Below, piece by piece: positions 41,907 to 53,944 of a stretch of DNA of 64,000 nucleotides. The first letter of the stretch is position 1. Every line of letters begins with the position of its first letter. The stretch spans positions 226,982,001-227,046,000 of the forward strand of contig OZ024742.1 in assembly GCA_964016885.1 (NCBI GenBank), given 5' to 3'. The notes beneath the pieces are model-generated. The model was given only the letters and a program-made list of their open reading frames with translations, searched no databases and was not told where the DNA came from. The position numbers and the translations under genes were made by a program. The stretch comes from Eledone cirrhosa (taxonomy: Eukaryota).

Positions 41907-41986
41907 ATATCTATATGTATCTATATATCTATATATATATATATATATAGAAGAAACTAAAGAAAGCTTACATACTCAAACAGTTT

Positions 41987-42044
41987 TTATTTGCTTACAA
42001 TGTTTCATCCATACCGTTTGGTAGGAATCTTCAGAGCTTAATAA
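41987..42044 (-). ncRNA. Minimal type-I hammerhead ribozyme with intact catalytic core
   Basis: Minus strand: UUAUUAAGCU-CUGAAGA-UUCCUACC(AAAC)GGUAUGGAU-GAAA-C(AUU)G-UA|AGCAAAUAAA. CUGANGA, GAAA and GUA triplet are all present; stems I, II and III can form. Confidence 0.75.
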
Positions 42045-42156
42045 ACACAGTGCTGAGTATAAGCTCTACAGAGCCTAGTCACGCGAACAATCGGAATGCA
42101 ATAATAGAACACGGTGCATGTGTGTTTTTGCACATATGCTCTGTGCCATACGTAAA

Positions 42157-42193
<37 letters not shown>

Positions 42194-42457
42194 TAATAAA
42201 AGATCAGGGGCCATATTCAGTTGATTCAGGTTTATTTAAAACTCTGTTATACATATTTCACTGAGGACTATAGGTTATGATAGCCTGCAAAGCCTAAAAT
42301 AAACACTGAAAGTTCCTAAGAAACCTTTAAATTTGGAAAAATCCAATAATTTCCCTGAAAAAGATTTACTTTTTATGATACAGGGGGCCGCCGAAATGCA
42401 TTGTGTTGTTTCTTCAACGGTCGGCCTCTGTATATATATAGAATATGTACATACATA

Positions 42458-43859
42458 CAAGGTGTCCCCCAAAAATGTATACACACTTCAACAGCATTCT
42501 AATAAATACAGGGTGTGGACGATATTTGTTTGCAATTTTCAACTGCTAATTTTATGCAAATTTTTTTTACTTCCGTTGTCACTCTTGTCTTCATAAAAAC
42601 AGTGACTATATTTCCATTATTTATTTTCAGAATAATTGATTATGAATAATTTTGAACCTCCAAATTTGTGGAAGAGACACAGTTCTTCTTGGAATCCGCG
42701 CCGGGAGGACAAATAAGGAAATTTCAGACTTTCTCAACGTCATCAGGAGAATGGTGGAAAAGGTCAGAAAGGAATTGGAAGATTCAGGATTCGACTATGA
42801 AGCAGCATCAGAGAGGAAAACACATGATCGACGATCTGACGCCTTCAGAACGCCCGAGTTCATCGCTGAAGTTCAGGATATCATCAACAATGAACCTAGC
42901 AAGTTGATGCATGCCATTGCAATGGAGAAAGGCGTGAATGAAAAGCTCATTAGGCTGGTGGTACATGAAGGCATTCACTACGTTTCTTACAAGATAAGGA
43001 AAGGACAATTTCTGTCAAAGGCGATGCAAGAAAAGCGACTGAAGCACGCAAAGAAGCTGATCAACAAGTTGAAACACCACTGGAGCCAGACATGCTGTGG
43101 TTTTTCTCCGACGGGAAAAACTTCTGCCAAGAAGATCAACTACCAGAACAACAGGTGGCTCGCGCTCTCATCCAAAGACATGCCCAGAGTCATGCAGACA
43201 AAGTTTCCAGCGACAACATTGGTCTTAGGTGTCATGAGCAGTCAAGGTGACGTCATGCCACCTCACTTCTTCCCTGAGGGCCTCAAGCTGAACACCGATG
43301 GCTACATCCACATTCTGAGCGAGGTAGTAAAGCCCTTGATCGACCAGGTAGCTGCAGGTAGGCCGTACGTGTGGCAGCAAGACTCAGCGCCCTGCCATAC
43401 CAGCCGAAGGACCCAAGCCTGGCTGTCAGAGAATTTCGTCGACCACACTTCACCTGACATCTGGCCTCCCAGCTCGCCTGACTGCAACCCCCTCGACTTC
43501 TTTGTGTGGGGCACAGTGGAACGAGACACCAACAGATCTAGCTGCAATACGAAAGATGATCTGAAGGCAAGGATCACAAGTGCCTTTAGGGGCCTAAGTC
43601 GGGAGACAGTGACGAAGGCCTGTAGCCAGTTCTGAGGCCGCCTTGAGGCCGTCATCAAAGCCAATGGCGGGTTTATTGAGTGAGATCGGAAGAACAAGTT
43701 ATGAAGACAAACTGACCCAAGTCTGATAAATAAATCTTAAAAAATAAAACTACTGTGTTACTTTTTCCTAGACAGTAATCTTGCGAACAAATATCGTCTG
43801 CACCCTGTATTGCCTGTACAGGTAATCAAAGTGTGTATACATTTTTGAGGGACACCCTG
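42458..43859. mobile_element. ~100-bp TA-target MITE split by the maT insertion
   Basis: Ends caaggtgtcccccaaaaatgtatacacactt / aagtgtgtatacatttttgagggacaccctg; uninterrupted homolog at 48438-48538. Confidence 0.85.
42509..43807 (+). mobile_element. maT (DD37D) Tc1/mariner transposon, full-length 1299 bp, frameshifted transposase
   Basis: TA target duplication; TIRs cagggtgtggacgatatttgtttgcaa / ttgcgaacaaatatcgtctgcaccctg; ORF with WQQDSAPCH-x-WPPSSPDCNPLDFFVW (D37D). The first Asp motif is out of frame and there is a premature stop at 43633-43635. Confidence 0.94.
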
Positions 43860-45528
43860 AATATATGTGTGTGTGTGTGGAATTTTCCCCCTACTTATTT
43901 CTCCCCTTTTCTATTTTCTATGTTTATCTTTTTTTTTTCCTTTTTGCTGTGGGTATTATACATGTATTTTATATATTTCACATGACTCTGTCTCCTCCAC
44001 TTTTGTTTGGTTTAGATTGAATCCCCTATAATTTTCCCCACCCTTACTCCTCTTCAGTACATCACCTGTGCTATATAACAGCCATATAATTACACTATAA
44101 TACCAATTCACTCTGAGATACCACCACCACCATGCCTGTGTGTTGTTTGTATCAGTCAATTATATAAATAAACTACATGTAATAATTATATAAACTCAGG
44201 TATAGGTTGTGGCCTTCAGCAAGCTACTCAAGTCCACTCACCTGGCATAAAATTAGTTGTACCTGTAATTCAAAGGACCAGTCATAACACACTGTCATAT
44301 TGAATCTCCCTGAGAACTATGTTAAGGATACATTTCTCTTTAGAATGCTCAGACACTTAGACTACAATACAGGAGGGACAGTGCCTGTAATTCAAAGGAT
44401 AGTCACTGTGTCATGCTGAATCTCACTGAAAATTACAATTAAGGATCTGTGAAATGCTCAGCTAATTACATGTTAATTTCATAAGCAGGCCATTCTGTTG
44501 ATCCAAGAAATGGAACACACATCGTGGAAACTGATGGAGGTCTAACATGCACACCCCCACACCCATACCCACACACTTAAATGCACACACACACACACAC
44601 ACACCTACACACAATTTCTGTTTTGAACTTCTGCCCTTCCTCTCTTCACATTCTCAATTTCTACCCTCTTCACTATATCACCTTGTCTAACTAATTACAC
44701 AGTAACACCAGTTCAGTGAAATACCACCTCCGCCACAACCATCAATTCACTAAGATATCATCACCACTACCGCCACCGCCACTATCACGTGTGTTGTGTT
44801 GTATCAGCCAATTAAAGAAATACATCCCAGGTAATAATTATATATACTCAGGCATAGTTTGTCATTTTTCTCTATTTAAATATAAGATATATAAATTCAA
44901 GTAGTTTACATGCAATTTAGTTATAACTAAATGTATTCTGTTATTTTTTTATTTATTCTTTTATTAGTTTCACTCATTAGACTGCAGCCATACTTGGGCA
45001 CAGCCTTGAAGGGATTTAGTAGATAATAGCAACCCCAATGCTTAATTTATGTTTTCATATCTGGTACTTGAAAGCACCAAGAGATCACAGCTCCAGTACT
45101 ATGGACATGTGGTTAAAATGTCTAAGACAAAAAATTGCAGGATAGATTTTACTGGCAAAGTCAACTGGCAAGAGACCTAGAGGTCAACCACAAGCAAGTT
45201 GGTTAAATAACATCCATGTTCTCAATTGGTCTTGCTTGGGTATTTAACTAAATCATTTTGGAGATGGTTGCTTCCAATATGACCACAGGAAGGCATGCCT
45301 GAGGACTGTACTCCAACAACCCTCACAAGTATAAGTGGGTGATGATAAAGTCTGCTACTTATTGATTGAACCACTAACTTATGGGACATTTTAAGGTCAA
45401 ACATGGACACACGCAAGAAGGGCATCCAGCTGTAGAAACCATACCAACCATGGAATGTATGTGATGTGGTCCACTGACTTGTCTAAGAGAACTGCCAAAG
45501 TTTTGAAAATGAATATAGAAATGATAAC

Positions 45529-45768
45529 CACACTGTAAAGTGATAGTGGTGGTGCCGTGAGAAAAAGCACCCAGCGCACACTGTAAAGTGGTAGTGGTGG
45601 TGCCGTGAGAAAAAGCACCCAGCGCACACTGTAAAGTGGTAGTGGTGATGCCGTGAGAAAAAGCACCCAGCCCACACTGTAAAGTGGTAGTGGTGGTGCC
45701 ATGAGAAAAAGTACCCAGCACACACTGTAAAGTGGTATTGGTGGTGCCATGAAAAAAGAAAGCCAGTA
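45529..45768 (+). repeat. Five tandem 48-bp units within an old SINE body (element extends to ~45920)
   Basis: Unit cacactgtaaagtggtagtggtggtgccgtgagaaaaagcacccagcg starts at 45529, 45577, 45625, 45673 and 45721, followed by the ttggcattaggaagggcat core. Confidence 0.92.
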
Positions 45769-46096
45769 TATGCTGTGAAGTTGTTGGCATTAGGAAGGGC
45801 ATTCAGCCATAGAAATCATACCAAAATGGAATGTATGAGCAAGACATGGTTATTTGACCAGTCTAGCTTATGTGATCATGTAAAGTAGATATAGAACAGT
45901 GGTGTTGATGATGATAATGATGCAAACACAACAGGTTTCTCCACAGTTTCCACCTACCAAATTTCACTCACAAGGCATTGGTTAACCTGGGCCTATAGTA
46001 AGACCAAGGTACCACACAGTAGGACTGAGCCTGAAACCATGTAATTGCAAAGTGAACTTCTTGACCATACATCCATACTTGCATTTATTATTATTT

Positions 46097-46475
46097 GTGG
46101 ATTGGCAGTATCGGTAGAGGGTTGGACGCCATGCTTTCCAGCATAGTTACGTCCCTTTACGATCTGAGTTCAAATCCCGCCGAGGTTGACTTTGCCTTTC
46201 ATCCTTACGGGGTCGATAAAATAAAGTACCAGTAATGCACTGGGTAATTGCTGGCCTTGTGCCTAAAGTAGAAACAATTATTACTTGTTTTAAAAGGCAG
46301 TGGGTTGGCAGTATCAGTAGTGTCAGGCATCATGCTTTACAGCATTGAGTTATGGCCCTTTGCGTTCTGGGTTCAAATCCCACTGAGGTTAGCTTTGCCT
46401 TTCATCCTTATGGGGTTGATAAAATAAAGCACCAGTAATGCACTGGCCTTGTGCCTATAGTAGAAATCATTATTA
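46097..46475 (+). mobile_element. Two tandem SINE2 (Nin-like) copies
   Basis: Both match 11878-12072. Confidence 0.85.
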
Positions 46476-46537
46476 CTTGTTTTAATGAATTTCATTTTAT
46501 ATATATTTGTTCTCAATACTGTGTGCATCTGGTTTAG

Positions 46538-47919
46538 AATCATCATCTTTTAACGTCTATCTTCCACGCTAGCATGGGTTAGATGGCAGTTGTTCCACTT
46601 GAGGCAAGATGTGGTTGGGTGACCGTGTCTCACTCGTATAGGACTATCTGGCAGGTTTTCTACGGCTGGGTGCCCTTCCCAACACCAACCACATTTACAG
46701 TGTGGATTGGGAGCTTTTTACCATGTTACCTACTCGACCACATTACAGCGTGGACTGTGTTTTTTTGTTGTGACACCTACACGATCTTGATCTCATTAGT
46801 TTGGACTGGATGTTGTAGTACCAACATAACTTTATAGAGAAAGGTTGGTGGGAGACGGAGGATGGAGTAGGGGTGGTGGGCTGGGGTGTATGTTTGGTTT
46901 GGAGGGCCTACTGACTGTAGGTTAACTTTGCACGTAGGGAACGTGGATCTTCTGTATTACTGTGTGGCCCCAAAGATAGAGAGGTGCAAGTGTGCAAGGT
47001 TGGAATTTATCATGTCGTCCCAGGTTTTTCTGGGTCTACCTACTCTGCAACTTCCATCAATTTTGATCGCCCTTTTTATACAGCTGTCGTCTTTCATGCG
47101 CATCATGTGACCATACCAACGTAATCTTCTCTCAAGTAAACAACATCTGATCCCTCTTATTCCTAAATTCTCACTTAGTTCATTTATGTTTTGCCGTTCG
47201 TGTATATTACTATTACACATCCAACGGAGTATGCATGCTTCGTTCCTTTCCAATCTGCGCAGGCCCTCTGCACCACAATTCCCATGTATCACTGCCATGT
47301 AACATTGCTGTTCGTATGTATACAAGCATCATGCAATCTGCCTTTCATTTTCAGAGAGAAACCTTTTGTGGCCAACAGCGGTATAAGCTCTCTGAACTTT
47401 TCCCATCCCGTTCTAACTCTGGCTGCTGTACTTTCAGAGCACCCTCCACCACTGCTGATTTTATCACCCAGGTAATGGAAAGTGTCCACTATTTCTATAG
47501 AACCATCTGGGCAGTAGGAGTTAGTGTCCTGTGGGCACTTGCTACTTATTGCACCTGAGCATCGGCCACATATAAAATCAACGTTCTTAGATAGCTTGCC
47601 TGTGACCCCACTACATCTTTTATGTACCCATAGTTTGCATTTGGGACATAGAATGGAATTTCTACCTACTTCTTTCCTACACACTGAGTATGGCCATTTC
47701 CCAGAGGGCACTTGTGCCCTATTTTCCTTTCTACATACTAGAACTTTAGTCTTAGACAAGTTAACTTTAAGACCTTTTGATTCTAGGCCATGCTTCCATG
47801 TTTGGAATTTCTTCTCTAGTTCACCCATAGATTCAGCTATGAGAGTTAGATCATCTGCATATAGAAGTTCCTATGGGCAGCCGATCTTAAACTCTTCTGT
47901 TATAGCCTGAAGGGCAATA
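46538..47919 (-). mobile_element. RTE LINE family A, older diverged subfamily
   Basis: [21 protein letters not shown] remnant, GRPRKTW and a homologous UTR; frameshifts. Confidence 0.9.
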
Positions 47920-48437
47920 GGTACACTAATCCCTGTGTCATACGATGCAACCAAAAAGGTTGGTGCCTGTTAGTGCATCTGGCTGTAAAACATTGCCTCA
48001 AAAAGAACCTCTTGTTGAATATGAAGTCTGTTATGGGAAACTGGCCTTAAAACACTTGTATGCTGTATATATCCATTTTAGAATAGGTGCACTATGTCTC
48101 TACATTCAGTAAGAGGTGACTAAAAAGGGTTGGTATCAAGAAGGGCATCTGGTTGTAAAAGCTTTTCTTTCATGGGGCCCTCACAAGGCTAACCCATGTG
48201 TTTGTAAGGGTAAAAATTGTCTTAAATCATTTGTTGTTGCATGTACTATGTATTTTTCCCCAGCTAAATTCAATATTATCTTTTTGAGGGGACCCAGTCC
48301 TATCCTGAAAAGCAACATAAAATAGTATCTTGCTCTAGAAAACACTGTACCACTCAGTCCAGGTGTCAGAGCCACAATCATATGACCATGAATCTAACAT
48401 CCTAACCATTATACCATACACCTTCACTTAATATGTA

Positions 48438-48538
48438 CAGGGTGTCTCCCCAAAATGTATACATACTTCAACAACAGATAACTAAATATTGCCTGTACAG
48501 GTAATCAAAGTGTGTACATATTTTTTGGGAACACCCTG
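48438..48538. mobile_element. 101-bp Tc1/mariner-type MITE with TA target duplication
   Basis: TA-cagggtgt...acaccctg-TA with ~30-bp imperfect TIRs. Confidence 0.85.
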
Positions 48539-48850
48539 TATATATGTTTGTTTGTGTGTGTGTCTGTCTGTGTGTGTGTGTTTGTGGTTGTGTGTGGGTG
48601 TATGTGTGTTTGTGTGTAATAGTAGCAGTAATGAGAAGTAATAAACACTTCCCTATTTTACTCTTAACACTTGTTTTATTACAACACAGCTTCTCAATAC
48701 TCTAGTAAATCTTTAACCATTTCCTTGCTGTAATTCTTGAAAATAATTGAGATTTTAGAGGGATTTAATATAACTTTCTCATTATTAAGCTATTTAGAAC
48801 ATAACTTAAAACTTTTTACAAAAAATCAAGATGGAAGGTTTTAGATCAAT

Positions 48851-49345
48851 ATAATAATGAAATTATTGTGTACAGTGCTCAGGTGCACTACAACTCATCA
48901 AAAGTGCATATATAGTACATAGAATAATGTATAAATGTCAGGAAAATGAACAGTGTACAAGTCATGAAATACATGTGTGCATGTGTATAGAGGGGGGACA
49001 TCAGGTGTAGTGTTACAAATCTCAGGAAGCATGGAAGTTTTAAAGGATGCAGTGTCTCGACAGCTAATAACTGATGCAGGTAGTTTGTTCCATGCTTCAG
49101 CAACTCTGAGCGTGAAAAAATGTTTCTGAAAGTCATGGGAGCTGTGCTGTTTTCTGACTTTGTGGGCATGCGCACGTGTGTTAGACACATGGAAATCAAA
49201 AAGGTACTCAGAGTTGTTGTTGGCAAGATGGTTAATAATTTTGTGGGTGTTTACCAAGTCAGTTGCCAGACGTCGGAGCTTCAATGTATCCATGCCCAGG
49301 GAAGCAAGGTGTTCAGAGTATGGTAGATGCCCGATGGAGGGTATT
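48851..49345 (-). mobile_element. CR1-clade LINE 3' fragment
   Basis: LPYSEHLASLGMDTLKLRRLATDL...TRAH..K...HFFTLRVAEAWNKLP..VI...F is the typical CR1 ORF2 C-terminus; short UTR and ATT-rich tail. Confidence 0.85.
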
Positions 49346-49794
49346 TGCTTGATTATCACCCTTTTGTTACTGTACTTCTAATAAAACACTGCTTTTGGTT
49401 TTCAAATAATTTTGGAAATAATCAAGGCTTTGGAGAAATTTAGTAATATAACTATTTTCTCATTATTAAGCTGGTGTTTGGAATGTTACGTAACAAAGGT
49501 TTTTGTATAAAATTCTTATAGGTTTTTTAGATAAATATAAACATTTAAAAATAAATAGCCATGTATGGAGCATAGGGTGGTTTTAGGTGGTTCGGTATCA
49601 AATGGGTAAAACACTACTAACCAAGTATTTAGGCTCATGATACAAGGACATAGGTTTAATTCTCAGACCATACAGTTGGGGTTTAATCCTGCCTGGTGTC
49701 TTATCTCGAGGATAGTCTTGAAATTTCAGTCATTTAACACCAATGAAGCCAGGATCAGCTCTAGCCTTTATCCTACCCATGTAATAATGGTTGC

Positions 49795-50006
49795 TATCAT
49801 CACCACCACCACCATTATCACCACCATTACTACCAGTTATCTTCATAACCATTTTTATCATGTTCATTGTCATTGTCAGGATCACCATCACTATCATCAT
49901 CCCATCACCACCACCACCTCTCCCATTACCACCCCGGTCACCACCATCTCTCCCATTACCACCCCCATCACCACCATAACCATTATTACTATCATCATCA
50001 TCATCA
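49795..50006. repeat. Degenerate (CAC/CAT)n repeat
   Basis: Direct reading. Confidence 0.88.
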
Positions 50007-50289
50007 AAGTGAACCATTAACTGTTCATATACATTTAGCAATATATATGTAATATAATGCTGTCTGATATTGTCTCATACTAATAAATCAACTGTGAACA
50101 TATGTAAGTATTTATGTGTGTGTATGTATGTAAGGATATATGTATGTGTATGTATGTAAGGATGTGTGTGTGTGTATTATGTAAGGATGTGTGTGTGTGT
50201 ATTGGATTTATGTTTGTCTATATAATATCCTGTTGACTTGAGAAGCATTGGGAAAATTTGAAAAGTAGTCGCCCCAATGTGAATGACTA

Positions 50290-50483
50290 TAATAATTGTT
50301 TCTACTTTTGGCACAAGGCCAGCAATCACCCAGTGCATTACTGGTACTTTATTTTATCAACCCCCGTAAGGATGAAAGGCAAAGTTAACCTTGGCGGGAT
50401 CTGAACTCAGAATGGCAAGGGCCGTAACTCTATGCGTCAAAGCATGGCGTCCGACCCTCTACCCATATTGCCAATCCACCGCC
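50290..50483 (-). mobile_element. SINE2 (Nin-like) full-length copy
   Basis: Reverse complement of 11878-12072; gtgaatgactataataat occurs on both sides (probable target duplication). Confidence 0.87.
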
Positions 50484-50874
50484 ATTGTGAATGACTATAA
50501 TAATAGTCAAATGTGAATGACTATAATAATAGTCGATCAACTATTTATAATAATTGACGATTATTTTAGTCATTTGCTTTAGGAAGACTATATTTCAAAT
50601 TGTATTTATGTATATCATCAGCATTATTTACCATCTTTTTTTTCCATGCTAACATATTTATATGATGACACCACACACACACACACACACACACACATGT
50701 ATGTATCATTATATATCATCATCATCACTGTTTAACGTCTTATTTTCCATGCTTGCATGGGTCAGACAGGTCACCCACGTTAAGAGGCAAGTCTGGCCAG
50801 CTGGCTGTGCTGTACCTTGTTGAAATGAAACTGCATTTTGGACATTATTCTTTACAGCTGGATGTGTGCGTATG

Positions 50875-50927
<53 letters not shown>

Positions 50928-50933
<6 letters not shown>

Positions 50934-51262
50934 CATCGTCATTTTACGTCCACTTTTCCCTACTTGCAAGGGTGGGACGGGAACTGATTCTGGCTTGATT
51001 TCTACAGCTGGATGCCCTTCCTAACACCAACCTAATTTACAGTGAGTGCTGGGTGCTTTTTTTCCGTGGCACCTCCACGACCACTTTGCAGTGGAATGAT
51101 AGGGACTGGGACCTCAGTCCCTATCATCTCATTTCTACAGCTGAGTAAACTGGAGCAATGTGAAATAAAGTGTCTTGCTCAAGGAAACAACACATCACCC
51201 GGTCTGAGAATTGAACTCACATCCTTTCGATTGCAAGGCCAATGCTCTAACCACTAAGCCAT
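50928..51262 (-). mobile_element. SINE1 copy
   Basis: Reverse complement of 38543-38884. Confidence 0.92.
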
Positions 51263-51770
51263 ATTTCGTTTCTGAATTTGTTTAGCAAGATTCTTTATTG
51301 GCAACATGACCCTCCCAAAGTATAACAATATATATATATATATATTATATCACACACACGTGTGTGTGTGCATGTGTGTTTTCCAAGATATCTCTGAAAC
51401 ATGCCAACATTTGGTATCCAATGTCTAGTCTAATTATGGTCATCCATTCTGTTAATAACTTGACCAGCTCATATTAGTCATCATAGACTTGTATTTGTAA
51501 ATAATACTTGCTTTAGCTATGATACTAATATAAAGTAAGTGATTTATCAATTATAATGATAATGTTTGTGAGATTTATGTCTGTTGAAGGTGTGATAATG
51601 TTCATAACTCTGCTGATAGTAATAATGAAAGTGAAAGTTGTTCATGTTTGAATTCTGTTTTATCGCTCAATTAGATACCATTTCTGTTAATTCATTTAGA
51701 TTAATACACACCACTTGAGTTAAATGCAGCAAATTGGCAGTCCGTATTATTGTTATTATTTGTTTTTTAA

Positions 51771-51957
51771 GGGCGGTGGATTGGCAGAGTTGGTAGAGGG
51801 TTGGACATGCTTTCCAGCATAGTTACGTCCCTTTACGATCTGAGTTCAACTCCCGCCAAGGTTAACTTTGCCTTTCATCCTTACGAGGTCAATAAAATAA
51901 AGTACCAGTAATGTACTGGGTAATTGCTGGCCTTGTGCCGAAAGTAGAAACAATTAT
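51771..51957 (+). mobile_element. SINE2 (Nin-like) copy
   Basis: Matches 11878-12072. Confidence 0.85.
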
Positions 51958-52277
51958 TTGCTTTTGTTTGTTTTTGCTCAGTATTTTGTTGCTCCTCAGC
52001 TGGAATTTGACTGCTAAGTATTAAGCTGTATATGTTTCTTATTGTAAGCAAACAAACCTTCTGTTGTTGGGGAAATCCCCCCCCCCCCTATTCAACATCT
52101 TCAAGCAACCTCTCAAACTGATGATACCATCTAATAACAAAAATAAATAAATAAATAAAATAAAATAAACAGGTGCCATCAGTTTGTCCCCTGTAATCAT
52201 ATCCATAGTGCAATATGTGAAGTACATAAAAAAGGTTGACATCAGGAAGGGCATCCAGCTGTAGAATACTGCCTTAA

Positions 52278-52512
52278 CCCTTTATACTCTATATATATTA
52301 TTGTAAAATACATAATTATCTCACATAATATTGAATCTATTATATATACAATGGTATTTTCATGGTATACACTCTACCTCACATATCGAATCTATGAGAT
52401 GTTGATAATATTTATTTTGTGAACAATACCTTAATGTCAGTATGAGTAGCCAGTTATGGCTAGTTTGATCTGGAAGGGGCAAGGGAATACTGGCTGAATA
52501 CAACCGGTTTAA
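52278..52512 (+). mobile_element. MITE P1, rearranged and lacking a full right TIR
   Basis: TTAA-ccctttat start; interior homologous to other P1 copies. Confidence 0.65.
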
Positions 52513-53903
52513 CCCATGACATGATGAAAAAAACAGGCCTAAAAATGACTAATTTTCTATCTTTCTATATTTAGTTTCTCAGTTCTTCAGGTTATATTCC
52601 ATTGTCTCTGTTTTTCTCTGCATTGCTGTTGCCTTCTATAACACTGTACTCTTCCAGAAGTTTTTGAAATCACACAAAGTCAAGTTAGTTTCTTTTAATT
52701 TTTTGTTTTACTTTATGGTAAGTGTTTTCTACTATAACCTTGGGTTGATCAATGCCGTGTGAGTGGATTTAATAAACAGAAACTGTACAGAAGCCCTTTG
52801 TGTGTGTCTTTGTTTCTGTGTATATTATTTTTGAGTTAATTGTTGTGACATCACTTAAAACAACTGGTGACGTTTGTATATGTCCTGCATAAACAATGTC
52901 TCTTAGCTCAGCATGTTGATGGGTAAAGTTCAGTGGAATTTGTCCTTTACTAAAAAAACAAAAAGGTTGACATTAGGAAAGGCATCTGGTTGTTATGACA
53001 ATAATAAATGTTTATTTTCTTATATTCTCTCTCATAAAACATTTCTTCTTTCAGAAGTACGGCGCCATTATAGCAATTAGTTCCTCAGGCTTTCAGATTG
53101 AATTGCATTTTTGGTTTTCTTCTCTATTTGGTGCTTCAGTTCCGAGATTGAATTCCATATTCTCTATTTTTCTCTGCTATAAACAGTTCCATTTCTCTGT
53201 GGACACCCTGTCCCCCATGTTATATGATATTTTAAATACTTAGCAGCAACCATCACACCCTTCTCAACTCAGTTGGTTATTTTTACTCAAGCAATTTCTT
53301 TTCATTATTACAACTCACGCCTATGTAGGTTTATCTGACTTCCAAGAGGTTTCATGGGTGTTTTCATGATAGGAGGCCCAGTATTGTTGTTGTTATAATT
53401 CACACTCATGTAGGTTTAGCCAACCTATTGTATATGCTTGCAAGCAGGCAAAAGTGGATGTAAAATGAGCACAAAAATATACCTATATTTTGAATTGTGC
53501 TATGTTAATGCTACTACTAGTTAATACCTGTTTGTCAAGCTTACATTATATGAACATCTCCAAAAATATATTTGCAAAATTCTATATATAAGCTGTCAGC
53601 TTATCGCCCCCAGTACCCAGTGAATAAATGTCACTGAAGATGGGTAAATATAATTAAATGCTAGTAGTTGATATTCTCACGCAGTTACTAAGGTAACTGT
53701 TACATGATCACAGCTTAAAATACTATACACTATACATAAACTTATTGTGTGTGTGTGTATATATATATATATATCTTTTACCTGTTCCAGCCAAACGGCT
53801 GAGGCCATGCTTATATATATATTCATATACACCTTAACTTTAGATAAATAAATAAAATAAAAATTGCGTAGACATTACAATACAACGGGAGGAAACATAA
53901 TAG

Positions 53904-53944
53904 TACCACTGATGTCACAGATGTGTGACGAAAGAACTTTGATA
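53904..53944 (+). ncRNA. Decayed hammerhead ribozyme-like motif
   Basis: UACCA-CUGAU[GA missing]-GUCACA(GAUG)UGUGAC-GAAA-G(AA)C-UU-UGAUA: perfect 6-bp stem II, 4/5 stem I, damaged core. Confidence 0.45.

Noticed and set aside
45529-45768. 16-aa repeat protein ORFs or CRISPR array
   Set aside because: Head-to-tail 48-bp SINE body units without unique spacers.
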